64,000 bases of DNA from Alishewanella sp. (GTDB lineage Bacteria; Pseudomonadota; Gammaproteobacteria; Enterobacterales; Alteromonadaceae), in the NCBI GenBank assembly GCA_036759505.1, contig DAIOUM010000002.1, positions 14,559 to 78,558 of the forward strand, given 5' to 3'. The stretch's first letter is position 1, and each line of letters starts with the position of its first letter. This document shows positions 54,971 to 64,000 of this stretch, in pieces. A model generated the notes under the pieces. That model did no database searches and was not told the origin of the DNA. It saw only the letters and a list, made by a program, of their open reading frames with translations. Position numbers and translations under genes: made by a program.

Positions 54971-54999
54971 TGGACGCAGTCATTATCAGCTGCTATTGT
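54971..54999 (+). promoter_or_regulatory. Candidate rho promoter
   Basis: TGGACG-17 nt-TATTGT with extended -10 TGn. Confidence 0.55.
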
Positions 55000-55116
55000 G
55001 TGCAATAGCAAAAGTCCTGAACCACGCTTGTCTGTCGAAAAAACCAACTTCAATCCCTTATTTTTATCGAACCGATAAGCTTTTACTCTGTTTTTACCAA
55101 CAAGAACCCATCAAAT

Positions 55117-56382
55117 ATGCATTTAACAGAACTGAAACTGAAGCCAATTAGCGAACTGGTTGAGCTGGCTGAGTCTATGGGCCAGGAAAATATGGCCCGT
55201 CTGCGCAAGCAAGACATCATTTTCGCCATCCTGAAAGCCCATGCCAAAAACGGTGAAGAAATTTACGGTGATGGCGTACTGGAAATTCTACAGGACGGCT
55301 TCGGTTTTCTGCGCTCCTCTGACAGCTCTTATCTGGCCGGCCCGGATGATATCTATGTCTCGCCGAGTCAGATCCGCCGTTTTAACCTGCGTACCGGTGA
55401 CAGTATTTCAGGTTTGATCCGGCCACCAAAAGAAGGTGAGCGTTATTTCGCGCTGTTAAAAGTCAGCGAAGTGAACTTCGGTAAACCAGAACAAGCCCGC
55501 AATAAGATCCTGTTTGAAAACTTAACGCCGCTGCATGCCAATTCACGCCTGCGGATGGAGCGGGGTAATGGCAGCCGTGAAGATATCACGGCCCGGGTAT
55601 TAGATCTGGCAGCGCCGATTGGCCGCGGTCAACGCGGTCTTATTGTAGCCCCGCCGAAAGCCGGTAAAACCATCTTATTACAGAATATTGCACAGTCGAT
55701 TGCCGCCAACCACCCTGAGTGTGTGCTGATGGTCTTACTGATCGATGAGCGTCCGGAAGAAGTCACCGAGATGCAACGCCTGGTAAAAGGTGAAGTGGTG
55801 GCCTCGACTTTCGATGAACCAGCCAGCCGCCACGTCCAGGTTGCGGAGATGGTGATTGAGAAAGCCAAGCGCTTGGTCGAACACAAAAAAGATGTGATTA
55901 TCCTGCTCGACTCAATTACCCGTTTAGCCCGTGCTTACAACACCGTGATCCCAAGCTCCGGCAAAGTATTAACCGGTGGTGTTGATGCCAACGCCCTGCA
56001 TAAACCAAAACGCTTCTTCGGTGCCGCCCGTAATGTGGAAGAAGGTGGCAGCCTGACCATTATCGCGACGGCACTGGTTGATACCGGCTCGAAAATGGAT
56101 GAGGTTATCTACGAAGAGTTTAAAGGTACCGGTAATATGGAATTACACCTGTCGCGCAAAATTGCTGAGCGCCGGGTATTCCCTGCTATCGACTTTAACC
56201 GCTCTGGTACCCGCCGCGAAGAGTTATTGGCGTCACCGGAAGAGCTGCAAAAAATGTGGATTTTACGCAAGATCCTCAATCCAATGGATGAGACAGATTG
56301 CATGGAGTTCCTGATCGATAAGCTGTCGATGACCAAAACCAACGATGAGTTTTTCGAAGCGATGAAGCGGCAGAAATCTTAA
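55117..56382 (+). CDS. rho: Transcription termination factor Rho
   Basis: [34 protein letters not shown]. Confidence 0.99.
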   Translation: MHLTELKLKPISELVELAESMGQENMARLRKQDIIFAILKAHAKNGEEIYGDGVLEILQDGFGFLRSSDSSYLAGPDDIYVSPSQIRRFNLRTGDSISGLIRPPKEGERYFALLKVSEVNFGKPEQARNKILFENLTPLHANSRLRMERGNGSREDITARVLDLAAPIGRGQRGLIVAPPKAGKTILLQNIAQSIAANHPECVLMVLLIDERPEEVTEMQRLVKGEVVASTFDEPASRHVQVAEMVIEKAKRLVEHKKDVIILLDSITRLARAYNTVIPSSGKVLTGGVDANALHKPKRFFGAARNVEEGGSLTIIATALVDTGSKMDEVIYEEFKGTGNMELHLSRKIAERRVFPAIDFNRSGTRREELLASPEELQKMWILRKILNPMDETDCMEFLIDKLSMTKTNDEFFEAMKRQKS

Positions 56383-56399
56383 TTCTGTCTGCAGCAAAC

Positions 56400-56426
56400 A
56401 AAACCGGCTTTATGGCCGGTTTTTTT
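56400..56426 (+). terminator. Intrinsic terminator after rho
   Basis: AAAACCGGCT-TTAT-GGCCGG followed by T7; overlaps the stop of the convergent gene. Confidence 0.85.
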
Positions 56427-57276
56427 CTGCCATTTGCTGCTTCAACTGCAGAAATTTCGGCAGCAAAATTTGTCTGGCGTTCTGATCCAGCCAGTAAAAC
56501 AGCAACTCCTGAAAATCATCAGCCTGCCACAATACCGGCAATACCTGATTGATTTCCGTGATCAGCTGCTGACTCAGCGGATGCTTATTGCAAGTGATAT
56601 AGGACACCGAGTAAGGCGAAGCACCAAGCAGCGCGGCGCTGGCAATATCGCTGGTATAAGCCAGGTTACGCTGATAAAACTGCATCCGCTCAGGATATTC
56701 AATGACATAATCGATGCGTCGGGAATGCAGCAGCGCTGCCGCATTTAGTTCACTGGTAAACTCTGTCGCCAGCAGATTGCTGCCTTGCTGGCCTATCGCC
56801 TGTAGCATCACCTCGGGATAATACCTGTTGGGTTGATAGGCGCCAATCAGCTCCGGATGCTGTACCAGCTTATTAATATCCAACGTCAGATCGCTTTCAA
56901 CATAGTCGGCGACCATGCTAGTACTAACATAATTTACCGCGAAGCCCGGGCCGATCGCCACCGGCAAAGAGTAATAACGGGTACTGGCCCGCTCCTCGGT
57001 ATACAACGAGCCCGCGATACAGATAATTTCGTCGCTGCGCTGAAAATGCGGCTCAATTCGCCCCAGACTGATTAAGCGGCTTTGATGCTGATACTGCGGC
57101 AGTAAGGCCGCCAAGCGCTTAAGTAACAGATCAAAGGTGCCCTTACCCAGATGTGGCCCTTCCAGGATCTGGTGCGGTGCCCAATCTGTTTGTAACCAGA
57201 CCACAGTAGGATTGCCCGCCGCAGCAGCTGCGGGCAATATTGACGTTGCCACCAGATAAAACGCTCTACTTAACAC
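56410..57276 (-). CDS. Putative periplasmic binding-protein-like protein (TIGR02285-like)
   Basis: Signal peptide, WLQTDWAP, RIDYVIEY, YITCNK; family call tentative. Confidence 0.65.
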   Translation of the reverse strand: MLSRAFYLVATSILPAAAAAGNPTVVWLQTDWAPHQILEGPHLGKGTFDLLLKRLAALLPQYQHQSRLISLGRIEPHFQRSDEIICIAGSLYTEERASTRYYSLPVAIGPGFAVNYVSTSMVADYVESDLTLDINKLVQHPELIGAYQPNRYYPEVMLQAIGQQGSNLLATEFTSELNAAALLHSRRIDYVIEYPERMQFYQRNLAYTSDIASAALLGASPYSVSYITCNKHPLSQQLITEINQVLPVLWQADDFQELLFYWLDQNARQILLPKFLQLKQQMAEKNRP

Positions 57277-57333
57277 TAAAACTCCCTCTTGTGTTATCAG
57301 GGCGGATGCTGCAGAAATTCTGCAGCCTTTCGG

Positions 57334-58641
57334 TTAGCCGATAACCTGATGCAATAATGGGTAACTGACAGCGGCACCAAACTGACAGGCCGCCAGATAT
57401 TCCGCTTGTGCTACAGCGGCAGCCTCGCTAGTCGCTGCATGCACCATCGCAATCGGCTCGCCGGCGCTAACCTCAGTGCCCGCGGCAACAATGTTGCTAA
57501 AACCCACTGCTGGATCAATTTGTTGTGCCGGGTGTGAGCGACCGCCGCCCAAACGTACCACCGCCATCCCCAAGCCAACGGTATCAGTATAGACCAGTTT
57601 ACCCGTTTGTGGAGCCAGTACCGGAACAACCACCGGCGCCTGCGCCAGATAGTTATCCGGCCGCTCTAGTAAATCTGCCGGCCCACCCAAGGCACTGACC
57701 ATTTTGGCAAAGATTTCAGCGGCTTTACCACTGCTCAGACTATATTCCAGCGCAGCGATGGCGGCGGCCTTATCCTGATAGCGTTTACCGAGTAGCAACA
57801 TATTGGCACCCAGCTCCAGCGTCAGCTGGTGTAACCGTGGTTCGCGGTATTTGCCGGTCAGATAATCCAGTGTTTCCACCACTTCCAGCGCATTACCGGC
57901 GGTGGTACCGAGGATCTGATTCATATCAGTAATCAGCGCCCGGGTGGCGACACCGGCGCCAGTTGCGGTGTTAACAATACTGTGAGCTAAGGCACTGGCA
58001 TCCTCTGCCGTGGCCATAATGGCACCGTTACCGACTTTGACATCCATCACCAGTGCATCCAGCCCCTCGGACAGCTTTTTCGATAGAATAGAAGCGGTAA
58101 TCAGCGGAATAGACTCTACTGTCGCCGTCACATCACGAATCCCATAGAGCCGGCGATCGGCCGGCGCCAGTTCACTGCTCTGGCCGACAATGACACAGCC
58201 CAGCTCAGGTAACAGCTGGCGAATTTTCGTCAGGGGTTGCGTACAGCTATAGCCCGGTATGGCTTCCAGTTTATCGACGGTACCACCGGTGTGCCCCAGG
58301 CCGCGCCCGGCAATACTGGGCATAAAGGCGCCACAGGCCGCAACCATCGGCGCCAGCATCAGGGTCACCTTGTCACCGACGCCGCCAGTACTGTGTTTAT
58401 CCACCACCGGACCATTCAGGCCCGGCCATTGTAATACAGTACCGGAGTCGCGCATGGCCAGCGTCAACGCCACCGTTTCCGGTACCGTCATGCCATTTAA
58501 ATAAATCGCCATTGCCAGCGCCGCAGCCTGGCTATCGCTAAAGCTGTCGTCGGTCAGCCCCTGCACAAACTGCCGGATCTCGGCTTCGTTTAACACGCCA
58601 CCATTGCGCTTACGTTTAATAATTTCCTGTGGAATGGCCAT
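57334..58641 (-). CDS. deoA: Thymidine/pyrimidine-nucleoside phosphorylase
   Basis: DKHSTGGVGDK, GRGLGHTGGT, SILSKK. Confidence 0.95.
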   Translation of the reverse strand: MAIPQEIIKRKRNGGVLNEAEIRQFVQGLTDDSFSDSQAAALAMAIYLNGMTVPETVALTLAMRDSGTVLQWPGLNGPVVDKHSTGGVGDKVTLMLAPMVAACGAFMPSIAGRGLGHTGGTVDKLEAIPGYSCTQPLTKIRQLLPELGCVIVGQSSELAPADRRLYGIRDVTATVESIPLITASILSKKLSEGLDALVMDVKVGNGAIMATAEDASALAHSIVNTATGAGVATRALITDMNQILGTTAGNALEVVETLDYLTGKYREPRLHQLTLELGANMLLLGKRYQDKAAAIAALEYSLSSGKAAEIFAKMVSALGGPADLLERPDNYLAQAPVVVPVLAPQTGKLVYTDTVGLGMAVVRLGGGRSHPAQQIDPAVGFSNIVAAGTEVSAGEPIAMVHAATSEAAAVAQAEYLAACQFGAAVSYPLLHQVIG

Positions 58642-59073
58642 TTATACATCCTTTTCAATTTTTGTGCTGGCTGCCAGATAGGTTGGAGTAAACGCATCCG
58701 GCAATAATTGCTGCAAACTCCAGCTCTGTTGCTGGCCTAAATGATTACAACTGGCGATCGGACTGTCTGGTAAAAAGAATTCGGCGATCACCTGCCGGCA
58801 AATACCGCAGGGCGGTGTAAGTTTCGTTTGCGGGGTATATACCATTAACGCCTGAAAGCGACGTTGGCCGGCCACCACGGCGGCGGCGATGGCATTACGC
58901 TCGGCGCAAACCGTACCGCCGTAGGAAGCGTTTTCAACATTACAGCCGGTGAAGATCTGACCATTTTCAGCCAGTACTGCCACACCAACCGGAAACTGAC
59001 TATAGGGCGCATAAGCCTGCGCGGCGGCATCTTTGGCAGCCTGTTGCAGGGCTGCCCAATCGAGTTGTTTCAC
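58642..59073 (-). CDS. cdd: Cytidine deaminase, short homotetrameric type
   Basis: AYAPYS, NVENASY, CAER, PCGICRQ; GTG start at 59073 estimated. Confidence 0.93.
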   Translation of the reverse strand: MKQLDWAALQQAAKDAAAQAYAPYSQFPVGVAVLAENGQIFTGCNVENASYGGTVCAERNAIAAAVVAGQRRFQALMVYTPQTKLTPPCGICRQVIAEFFLPDSPIASCNHLGQQQSWSLQQLLPDAFTPTYLAASTKIEKDV

Positions 59074-59129
59074 TATTTGAAACCCGGTTAACCAATGGGC
59101 ATATAGTGTTGCCGCGAATCCGTCGCCGG

Positions 59130-60305
59130 TCAAGCCCTGCTTACGCGCGCCGCCAGCAGTCGACAAAACACGAGCAGGGTCAGCAATAACCAGAAACTGG
59201 CCAGTGGCACCAGCCAGAACGCATTAACGATGCCGGCTTGCTCGGCCCAAAGCCCGGTTAGTAGTCCGGCAAACTGGAAACCAACCGCACTGCCAATGCT
59301 GGCAATACCGGACAGTACCGGGCCATTGTCACTATCCAGATCCATCACCGTAGCCAGCATCAACGGGAAAATGGCGCCAATCCCCAGACCCAGCAATAAA
59401 TTTCCTACCCCGAGCAGCGCAACGGTCGCTCCCAGCTTTACCAACAAAGCACCACTGACGGTCAGGATACCTAATAGCAGTAACAACTGGCTTGCCGTTA
59501 GCCAGCGCAGCAGCAGCGCAAAGCCCAGCCGGCTCAGCACCATACCGCCAGTAAACCAGGCCAGCAGTAACCGGCTTTGCTCTGCCTGTAAACCGAGGCC
59601 GGTTACCGCATAGCTGACAAACCAGTTACCCTGGCCCCACTCCGCCGCGCCATAACCAATCATCACCAGTAGTAGCAGTAAAAACAGTGGCTGGCGTAAT
59701 AATGCCGTGTAAGACAAACTTCTGGCGCCGCTACGCGCCGGCTGCGCCAAAGCCGGTAACCTTGAAGCCGCCCAGTAGCTGTAACAGGCAATAACAAGCA
59801 GGCCAAAAGCAAGGATCCGTAGCGGCCAGCGCCAGTCATCCAGGTAGCGGAACAGCAGTACCACCCACAGGGGCGCGGTAAGGGTGCCAAGACTAAACAT
59901 AAAGTCCATCAGTCCCATCATCGCCGCCCTGCGGTTAGCAAATAAGCGGGCGATCAGCGTATGGCCAATGGTAAACATAATGGAATAGGTCATGCCGATC
60001 AGAGTGATCAGCAGCAGTAAATAGCGCCAGTCGTTAACCAGCGAGATCAGTAGTAACCAACAGGCGGATAACAGCGCCAGTGCCGCGAACAGCTTTAAAA
60101 ACTGAAACTTCTGCGCATACTTACCGCCCAGCACGGCACCGAGTATGGTGCCAACCGACATCAGACTAAAGAACAGACCACTAAGGCTTTTCGATAGCGC
60201 CAGCTCTGCCGCCAAATCAGGCAGCAGCAAGCCCCACAGAATAATCAGGTTACCGAGGATAAAGAAACCGCTAAAGATCACGGCAGTCGGTGCAGCACGC
60301 GACAT
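59130..60305 (-). CDS. MFS transporter (TsgA/fucose-permease-like)
   Basis: 391 aa with about 12 hydrophobic segments; subfamily tentative. Confidence 0.85.
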   Translation of the reverse strand: MSRAAPTAVIFSGFFILGNLIILWGLLLPDLAAELALSKSLSGLFFSLMSVGTILGAVLGGKYAQKFQFLKLFAALALLSACWLLLISLVNDWRYLLLLITLIGMTYSIMFTIGHTLIARLFANRRAAMMGLMDFMFSLGTLTAPLWVVLLFRYLDDWRWPLRILAFGLLVIACYSYWAASRLPALAQPARSGARSLSYTALLRQPLFLLLLLVMIGYGAAEWGQGNWFVSYAVTGLGLQAEQSRLLLAWFTGGMVLSRLGFALLLRWLTASQLLLLLGILTVSGALLVKLGATVALLGVGNLLLGLGIGAIFPLMLATVMDLDSDNGPVLSGIASIGSAVGFQFAGLLTGLWAEQAGIVNAFWLVPLASFWLLLTLLVFCRLLAARVSRA

Positions 60306-60348
60306 TGCTAAACTCCCTGTGCCAGCTTACCGCCGCTGCGGTGTGGCA

Positions 60349-61140
60349 CTAACGTAATTCGAAAGCATCGGCATCCAGCTGCGCCGGAAACTGCTGCCGG
60401 AACTGCTGTAACGCCGCCAGATCGGCCTCAGCATAAAGGATACCGCTCTGCTCAGGCGCCAGCTCAGCCAGCGGCTGGCCCAGATAATCGGCAATCAGGC
60501 TATCGCCGCGGTAATTAAGACCATTAGCATCCTGCCCTACCCGGTTGCAGCCAAACACATAGGCCTGATTTTCAATCGCCCGGGCCTGTAATAGTAACCA
60601 CCAGGCGCGACTGCGCGGCGCCGGCCAGTTTGCGACATAGATTATGGCATCATAATCGCCCAGGTTGCGGCTAAAAACCGGAAAGCGCAGGTCATAACAG
60701 ACCTGCAGCAAGATGCGCCAACCTTGCCAGTTAACAATTACCCGCTGCTGTCCGGCCGCATAAGCCTGATGCTCACCGGCCATGCGGAATAAATGGCGTT
60801 TATCATAGTACTGTACCGCACCATCCGGGGTGACAAAATACAGCCGGTTTACATAGTGCCCGTCAGCTGTGCGTACCGCCAGCGAGCCAGCGATGGCGCT
60901 TTGATAGTGCGCCGCCTGCTGTTTAAGCCAGCTTAGTGCCGGCCCGGGCTCATGCTCGGCGATACGGGCACTGTCCATACTAAAACCACTGGCAAACATT
61001 TCCGGCAATACCAGCAAGTCTGCGACCGGAGCCACGGCCAGTTGCCGCGACAGCGCCTGCAGATTAGCCGCAGTATCCTGCCATACCAGTTCGGTTTGCA
61101 GCATCGCTACCCTTAGCTTGGGTGCCATCACAGCCGGCAT
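60349..61140 (-). CDS. Omega-amidase (nitrilase family, YafV/MtnU-like)
   Basis: LPEMF, YDKRHLF, VCYDLRFP triad; ATG at 61140 estimated. Confidence 0.92.
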   Translation of the reverse strand: MPAVMAPKLRVAMLQTELVWQDTAANLQALSRQLAVAPVADLLVLPEMFASGFSMDSARIAEHEPGPALSWLKQQAAHYQSAIAGSLAVRTADGHYVNRLYFVTPDGAVQYYDKRHLFRMAGEHQAYAAGQQRVIVNWQGWRILLQVCYDLRFPVFSRNLGDYDAIIYVANWPAPRSRAWWLLLQARAIENQAYVFGCNRVGQDANGLNYRGDSLIADYLGQPLAELAPEQSGILYAEADLAALQQFRQQFPAQLDADAFELR

Positions 61141-62276
61141 AACACCTCCGCGGCCTGAGCCAGGGTGGTATCCTGCTTGGCAAAACACAGCCGGATTATC
61201 CGTGCATTGGACCCATGCTGATAAAATACCGACAACGGGATCGCCGCCACTTTATGCTCGATGGTCAGATAACGGCAAAAACTCAGGTCATCCAGCTCTG
61301 GCGCAATGGCGCTATAGTCCAGCAGCTGAAAATAAGTACCCTGACAAGGTAACAAGCTGAAACGACTAGCGCTTAACGCCTGGCGGAACTGATCGCGCTT
61401 GTGCTGGTAAAACCCCGCCAGCCCGGTCACCTGCTGCGGCTGTTCGCGCAGCATCCCGGCGATCGCATATTGCGCCGGCGTAAAACTGGAGAAGGTGACA
61501 TACTGATGAATTTTCCGAAACTCTGTCATCAGCCCGGCTGGCGCCACCGCATAACCGAGTTTCCAGCCGGTAACATGAAAGGTTTTACCAAAGGATGACA
61601 CAATAACCGAACGTGCCGCCAGTTCCGCAAAACAATTCGCGCTCAGCCGCGGTGCCGCATCGTACACCATATGCTCGTAAACTTCGTCACTAAGACAATA
61701 CAGGCCATGCTGGGTAACCAAGTGCTGCAAGGCCAGCCAGTCTGCATGGCTAAATACCATTCCGGTTGGATTATGCGGGCTATTGACGATAATCAACTTA
61801 GTACGCGGCGTGAGCCGTGTCGCCACCTGCTGCCAGTCAACCCGATAATCCGGCGCCTCTAAACGCAAATGCACCGGTACACCACCGGCCAACTGAATAG
61901 CCGGGCTATAGCTGTCGTATGCCGGGTCAAACAGGAGTACCTCGTCACCCGGCTGCACCAGCATCTGGATCGCGACAAATAAGGCCTCAGTGGCGCCGCT
62001 GGTGACGGTGATCTCACGGCTCTCATCCAGAGTTCGGCCATAACAGCGTGCGGTCAGGGCGGCAATTTGCTGCAGTAACAAAGGAACACCCGGCATCGGC
62101 GCATATTGGTTTAAGCCAGCGCTACTGTGCCTGGCCAGCGCGGCCAAAAGCTGGCTATCGGCAGCAAAATCGGGAAAACCCTGCGATAAATTAATGGCTT
62201 GCTGCTCTGCCGCTAACTGCGACATCTGACTGAAGATGGTGGTGCCCACCGCGGGTAACTTGGAAACTATCGACAT
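61128..62276 (-). CDS. ybdL: Methionine aminotransferase (YbdL/MtnE-like, PLP class I)
   Basis: SKLPAVGTTIF, INLSQGFPDF, SFGKTFHVTGWK; ATG at 62276. Confidence 0.92.
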   Translation of the reverse strand: MSIVSKLPAVGTTIFSQMSQLAAEQQAINLSQGFPDFAADSQLLAALARHSSAGLNQYAPMPGVPLLLQQIAALTARCYGRTLDESREITVTSGATEALFVAIQMLVQPGDEVLLFDPAYDSYSPAIQLAGGVPVHLRLEAPDYRVDWQQVATRLTPRTKLIIVNSPHNPTGMVFSHADWLALQHLVTQHGLYCLSDEVYEHMVYDAAPRLSANCFAELAARSVIVSSFGKTFHVTGWKLGYAVAPAGLMTEFRKIHQYVTFSSFTPAQYAIAGMLREQPQQVTGLAGFYQHKRDQFRQALSASRFSLLPCQGTYFQLLDYSAIAPELDDLSFCRYLTIEHKVAAIPLSVFYQHGSNARIIRLCFAKQDTTLAQAAEVLCRL

Positions 62277-62336
62277 AAGGGCTGAAAAAGTTGCGAAAAC
62301 CGGCATCAATGCTATCATTTGGCAGGTTTCAAGTAT

Positions 62337-62368
62337 AGACATCTAAACGCTCAAGCGTATAAACGCCT
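62337..62368. promoter_or_regulatory. Four tandem MetJ Met boxes
   Basis: AGACATCT AAACGCTC AAGCGTAT AAACGCCT in exact 8-bp register (7, 4, 5 and 6 of 8 matches to AGACGTCT) between divergent Met-salvage genes. Confidence 0.85.
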
Positions 62369-62440
62369 TAATGGTTAAAATATTTAACCGCGTCAGGCAA
62401 TGAATAGCGACGAATCGCAGCGAATAACCAGGTCAGTAGC

Positions 62441-63082
62441 ATGAATAATACAGCCCATGTGCATCAGCTTAACCCGAACGCCATTGCGCTCTGCAGCCTT
62501 GGCCGCTGGATCGCCAGCCGGCATTGGGTGCCCGCCACCGGCGGTAACTTCTCCATTCGTCAGGGCGAAAACAGCGCCCTGGTCACCGCCTCCGGCAAAG
62601 ATAAAGGCGAACTCAGCCCGCAAGATCTGCTACCGGTAAGCTGGCAGGATGAACAGCTGTCCAGCCCGCACGGTACACCATCAGCAGAGACGGCCTTACA
62701 CGCCGAATTGTACCGGCTGGATCCGGCCATTAAAGCGGTGCTGCATACCCACTCAGTACATGCCACCGTATTTTCGCGTCTGGTGCAGGCCGACAGCTAT
62801 CTGTTTAGCGGCTACGAGATGCAAAAAGCCATCACTGGCATTAAAAGCCATGAGCAGTTATTGCCACTGGCGGTATTTGATAATACGCAGGATATCCCGG
62901 CCCTGGCGAAACAGCTGCGCCAACGCTGGCAGCAAAAACCCTTGCCGTTTGCACTGCTGGTACGCGGCCATGGTCTTTATGCCTGGGGCCACAGCCTGGA
63001 GCAGGCAAAAAGGCATTTGGAGGGTTGGGAATTTCTTATACACTGCGAACTGGAACGTATTAAATTAACAGGCTTACCGTGA
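62441..63082 (+). CDS. mtnB: Methylthioribulose-1-phosphate dehydratase
   Basis: ATGGNFS, TASGKDKG, PSAETALH, HTHS, GHGLYAWG. Confidence 0.96.
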   Translation: MNNTAHVHQLNPNAIALCSLGRWIASRHWVPATGGNFSIRQGENSALVTASGKDKGELSPQDLLPVSWQDEQLSSPHGTPSAETALHAELYRLDPAIKAVLHTHSVHATVFSRLVQADSYLFSGYEMQKAITGIKSHEQLLPLAVFDNTQDIPALAKQLRQRWQQKPLPFALLVRGHGLYAWGHSLEQAKRHLEGWEFLIHCELERIKLTGLP

Positions 63083-63756
63083 ACTACCGCGCCATTATTA
63101 CCGATATTGAAGGCACCACCAGCCGCATCAGCTTTGTCACCGACATCTTGTTTCCGTACGCCAAAGCGCATTTACCGGCCTTTATTCAGCGTGAGCAACA
63201 GCAGCCGGCGGTGGCAGCAGAACTGGATGCCATCCGGCGCCTGCTGGGCCAGCCGGCCGCCAGCACCGACGACTGTATTGCCGCCCTGCTGGACTGGATC
63301 GCTGCCGATAAAAAACTGACACCGCTAAAAACTCTGCAAGGCATGGTTTGGCAGCATGGTTATCAACAAGGCCATTTTCAGGGCCATATTTATCCGGATG
63401 CCGCCGCGCAACTGCGCCACTGGCAACAGCAGGGCATCCAACTTTATGTTTACAGCTCCGGCTCAGTGCAGGCGCAACAGCTGCTGTTCCAGTACAGCGA
63501 GGCAGGTGATCTGCGGCCGCTGTTCAGCGGCTACTTTGATACCCGCATCGGCGCTAAGCAGGAGATCGCCAGCTATGCGGCTATCCTGCAGCATTTACAG
63601 CTACCGCCCAATCAGGTGCTGTTTTTATCCGATGTAGTGGCCGAGCTCGACGCCGCCGCTAAGCTTGGCATTGCCACAGTGCAACTGATCCGGGAGCAGC
63701 AAGCGCCCAGCCAGCACCAGCGGGCCGAAAATTTTTATCAGATTGAGGTGCAATAA
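63079..63756 (+). CDS. mtnC: Enolase-phosphatase E1 (acireductone synthase)
   Basis: DIEGTT, LFPYA, LKTLQG, YSSGS, FLSD. Confidence 0.97.
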   Translation: MNYRAIITDIEGTTSRISFVTDILFPYAKAHLPAFIQREQQQPAVAAELDAIRRLLGQPAASTDDCIAALLDWIAADKKLTPLKTLQGMVWQHGYQQGHFQGHIYPDAAAQLRHWQQQGIQLYVYSSGSVQAQQLLFQYSEAGDLRPLFSGYFDTRIGAKQEIASYAAILQHLQLPPNQVLFLSDVVAELDAAAKLGIATVQLIREQQAPSQHQRAENFYQIEVQ

Positions 63757-63771
63757 GAGGTGGAAAGTTAG

Positions 63772-64000
63772 ATGAGCCGTTTACAAATCTTCGACCTGAG
63801 CCAGCCCCAGCAAGCGCGATTTAGCAGTAGCGACGCCGCTGAGATCGCCGCGAAATTGCAGCAACAGGGCATTCGCTTTGAACAATGGCAAGCCGCAGCG
63901 CCAGTCAGCGCCAGCAGCAGTAGCGAACAGGTGCTCTCAGCCTATGCCGCTGATATCAGCCGACTAAAAGCAGAGCAAGGCTATCAGACCGTGGACGTGA
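63772..64000 (+). CDS. mtnD: Acireductone dioxygenase (truncated by window edge)
   Basis: Hand translation MSRLQIFD...GIRFEQW...VLSAYAADISRLKAEQGYQTVDV; follows mtnC with SD GAGGTGG. Confidence 0.9.
   Translation, partial: MSRLQIFDLSQPQQARFSSSDAAEIAAKLQQQGIRFEQWQAAAPVSASSSSEQVLSAYAADISRLKAEQGYQTVDV

Overview
Gene-dense core-chromosome region of a gammaproteobacterium. Gene order and protein style suggest an Alishewanella/Rheinheimera-like organism; this is inference, not a database result. In order, it contains: a type II secretion operon (gspC-L plus partial gspM, minus strand); hslR-hslO; a 1247-aa S8 protease with PA and cadherin-like domains and a GlyGly-CTERM tail; envZ-ompR; a small lipoprotein; greB-tex; an uncharacterised pair (flagellar-axial-like mini protein plus SprA-related HEXXH protein); bioH/comF; an M14 peptidase; nfuA; a polysaccharide deacetylase; a full caa3-type cytochrome c oxidase and assembly cluster; lexA/plsB; tesB; EVE, DUF885 and GGDEF genes; ubiEJB-tatABC-(orf)-tatD-hemB; gppA-rhlB; trxA-rho; deoA-cdd-MFS; and a divergent methionine-salvage locus (ybdL-type aminotransferase, omega-amidase, mtnB, mtnC, partial mtnD). 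I found no rRNA, tRNA, CRISPR array, transposase or prophage gene. Recognisable operators are two SOS boxes (lexA), an IscR site (nfuA), tandem Met boxes, a CRP-like box and a TyrR-like box. No certain novel system is evident. The best leads are (1) a candidate four-way-junction RNA with a switchable closing stem in the S8 protease leader, (2) the flagellar-axial-like/HEXXH gene pair, (3) a possible MetJ-controlled operon joining Met salvage to an MFS transporter and pyrimidine nucleoside salvage, and (4) structured leaders on the cox operon and the deacetylase gene. All family calls rest on motif recognition and synteny, and all RNA folds were done by hand.
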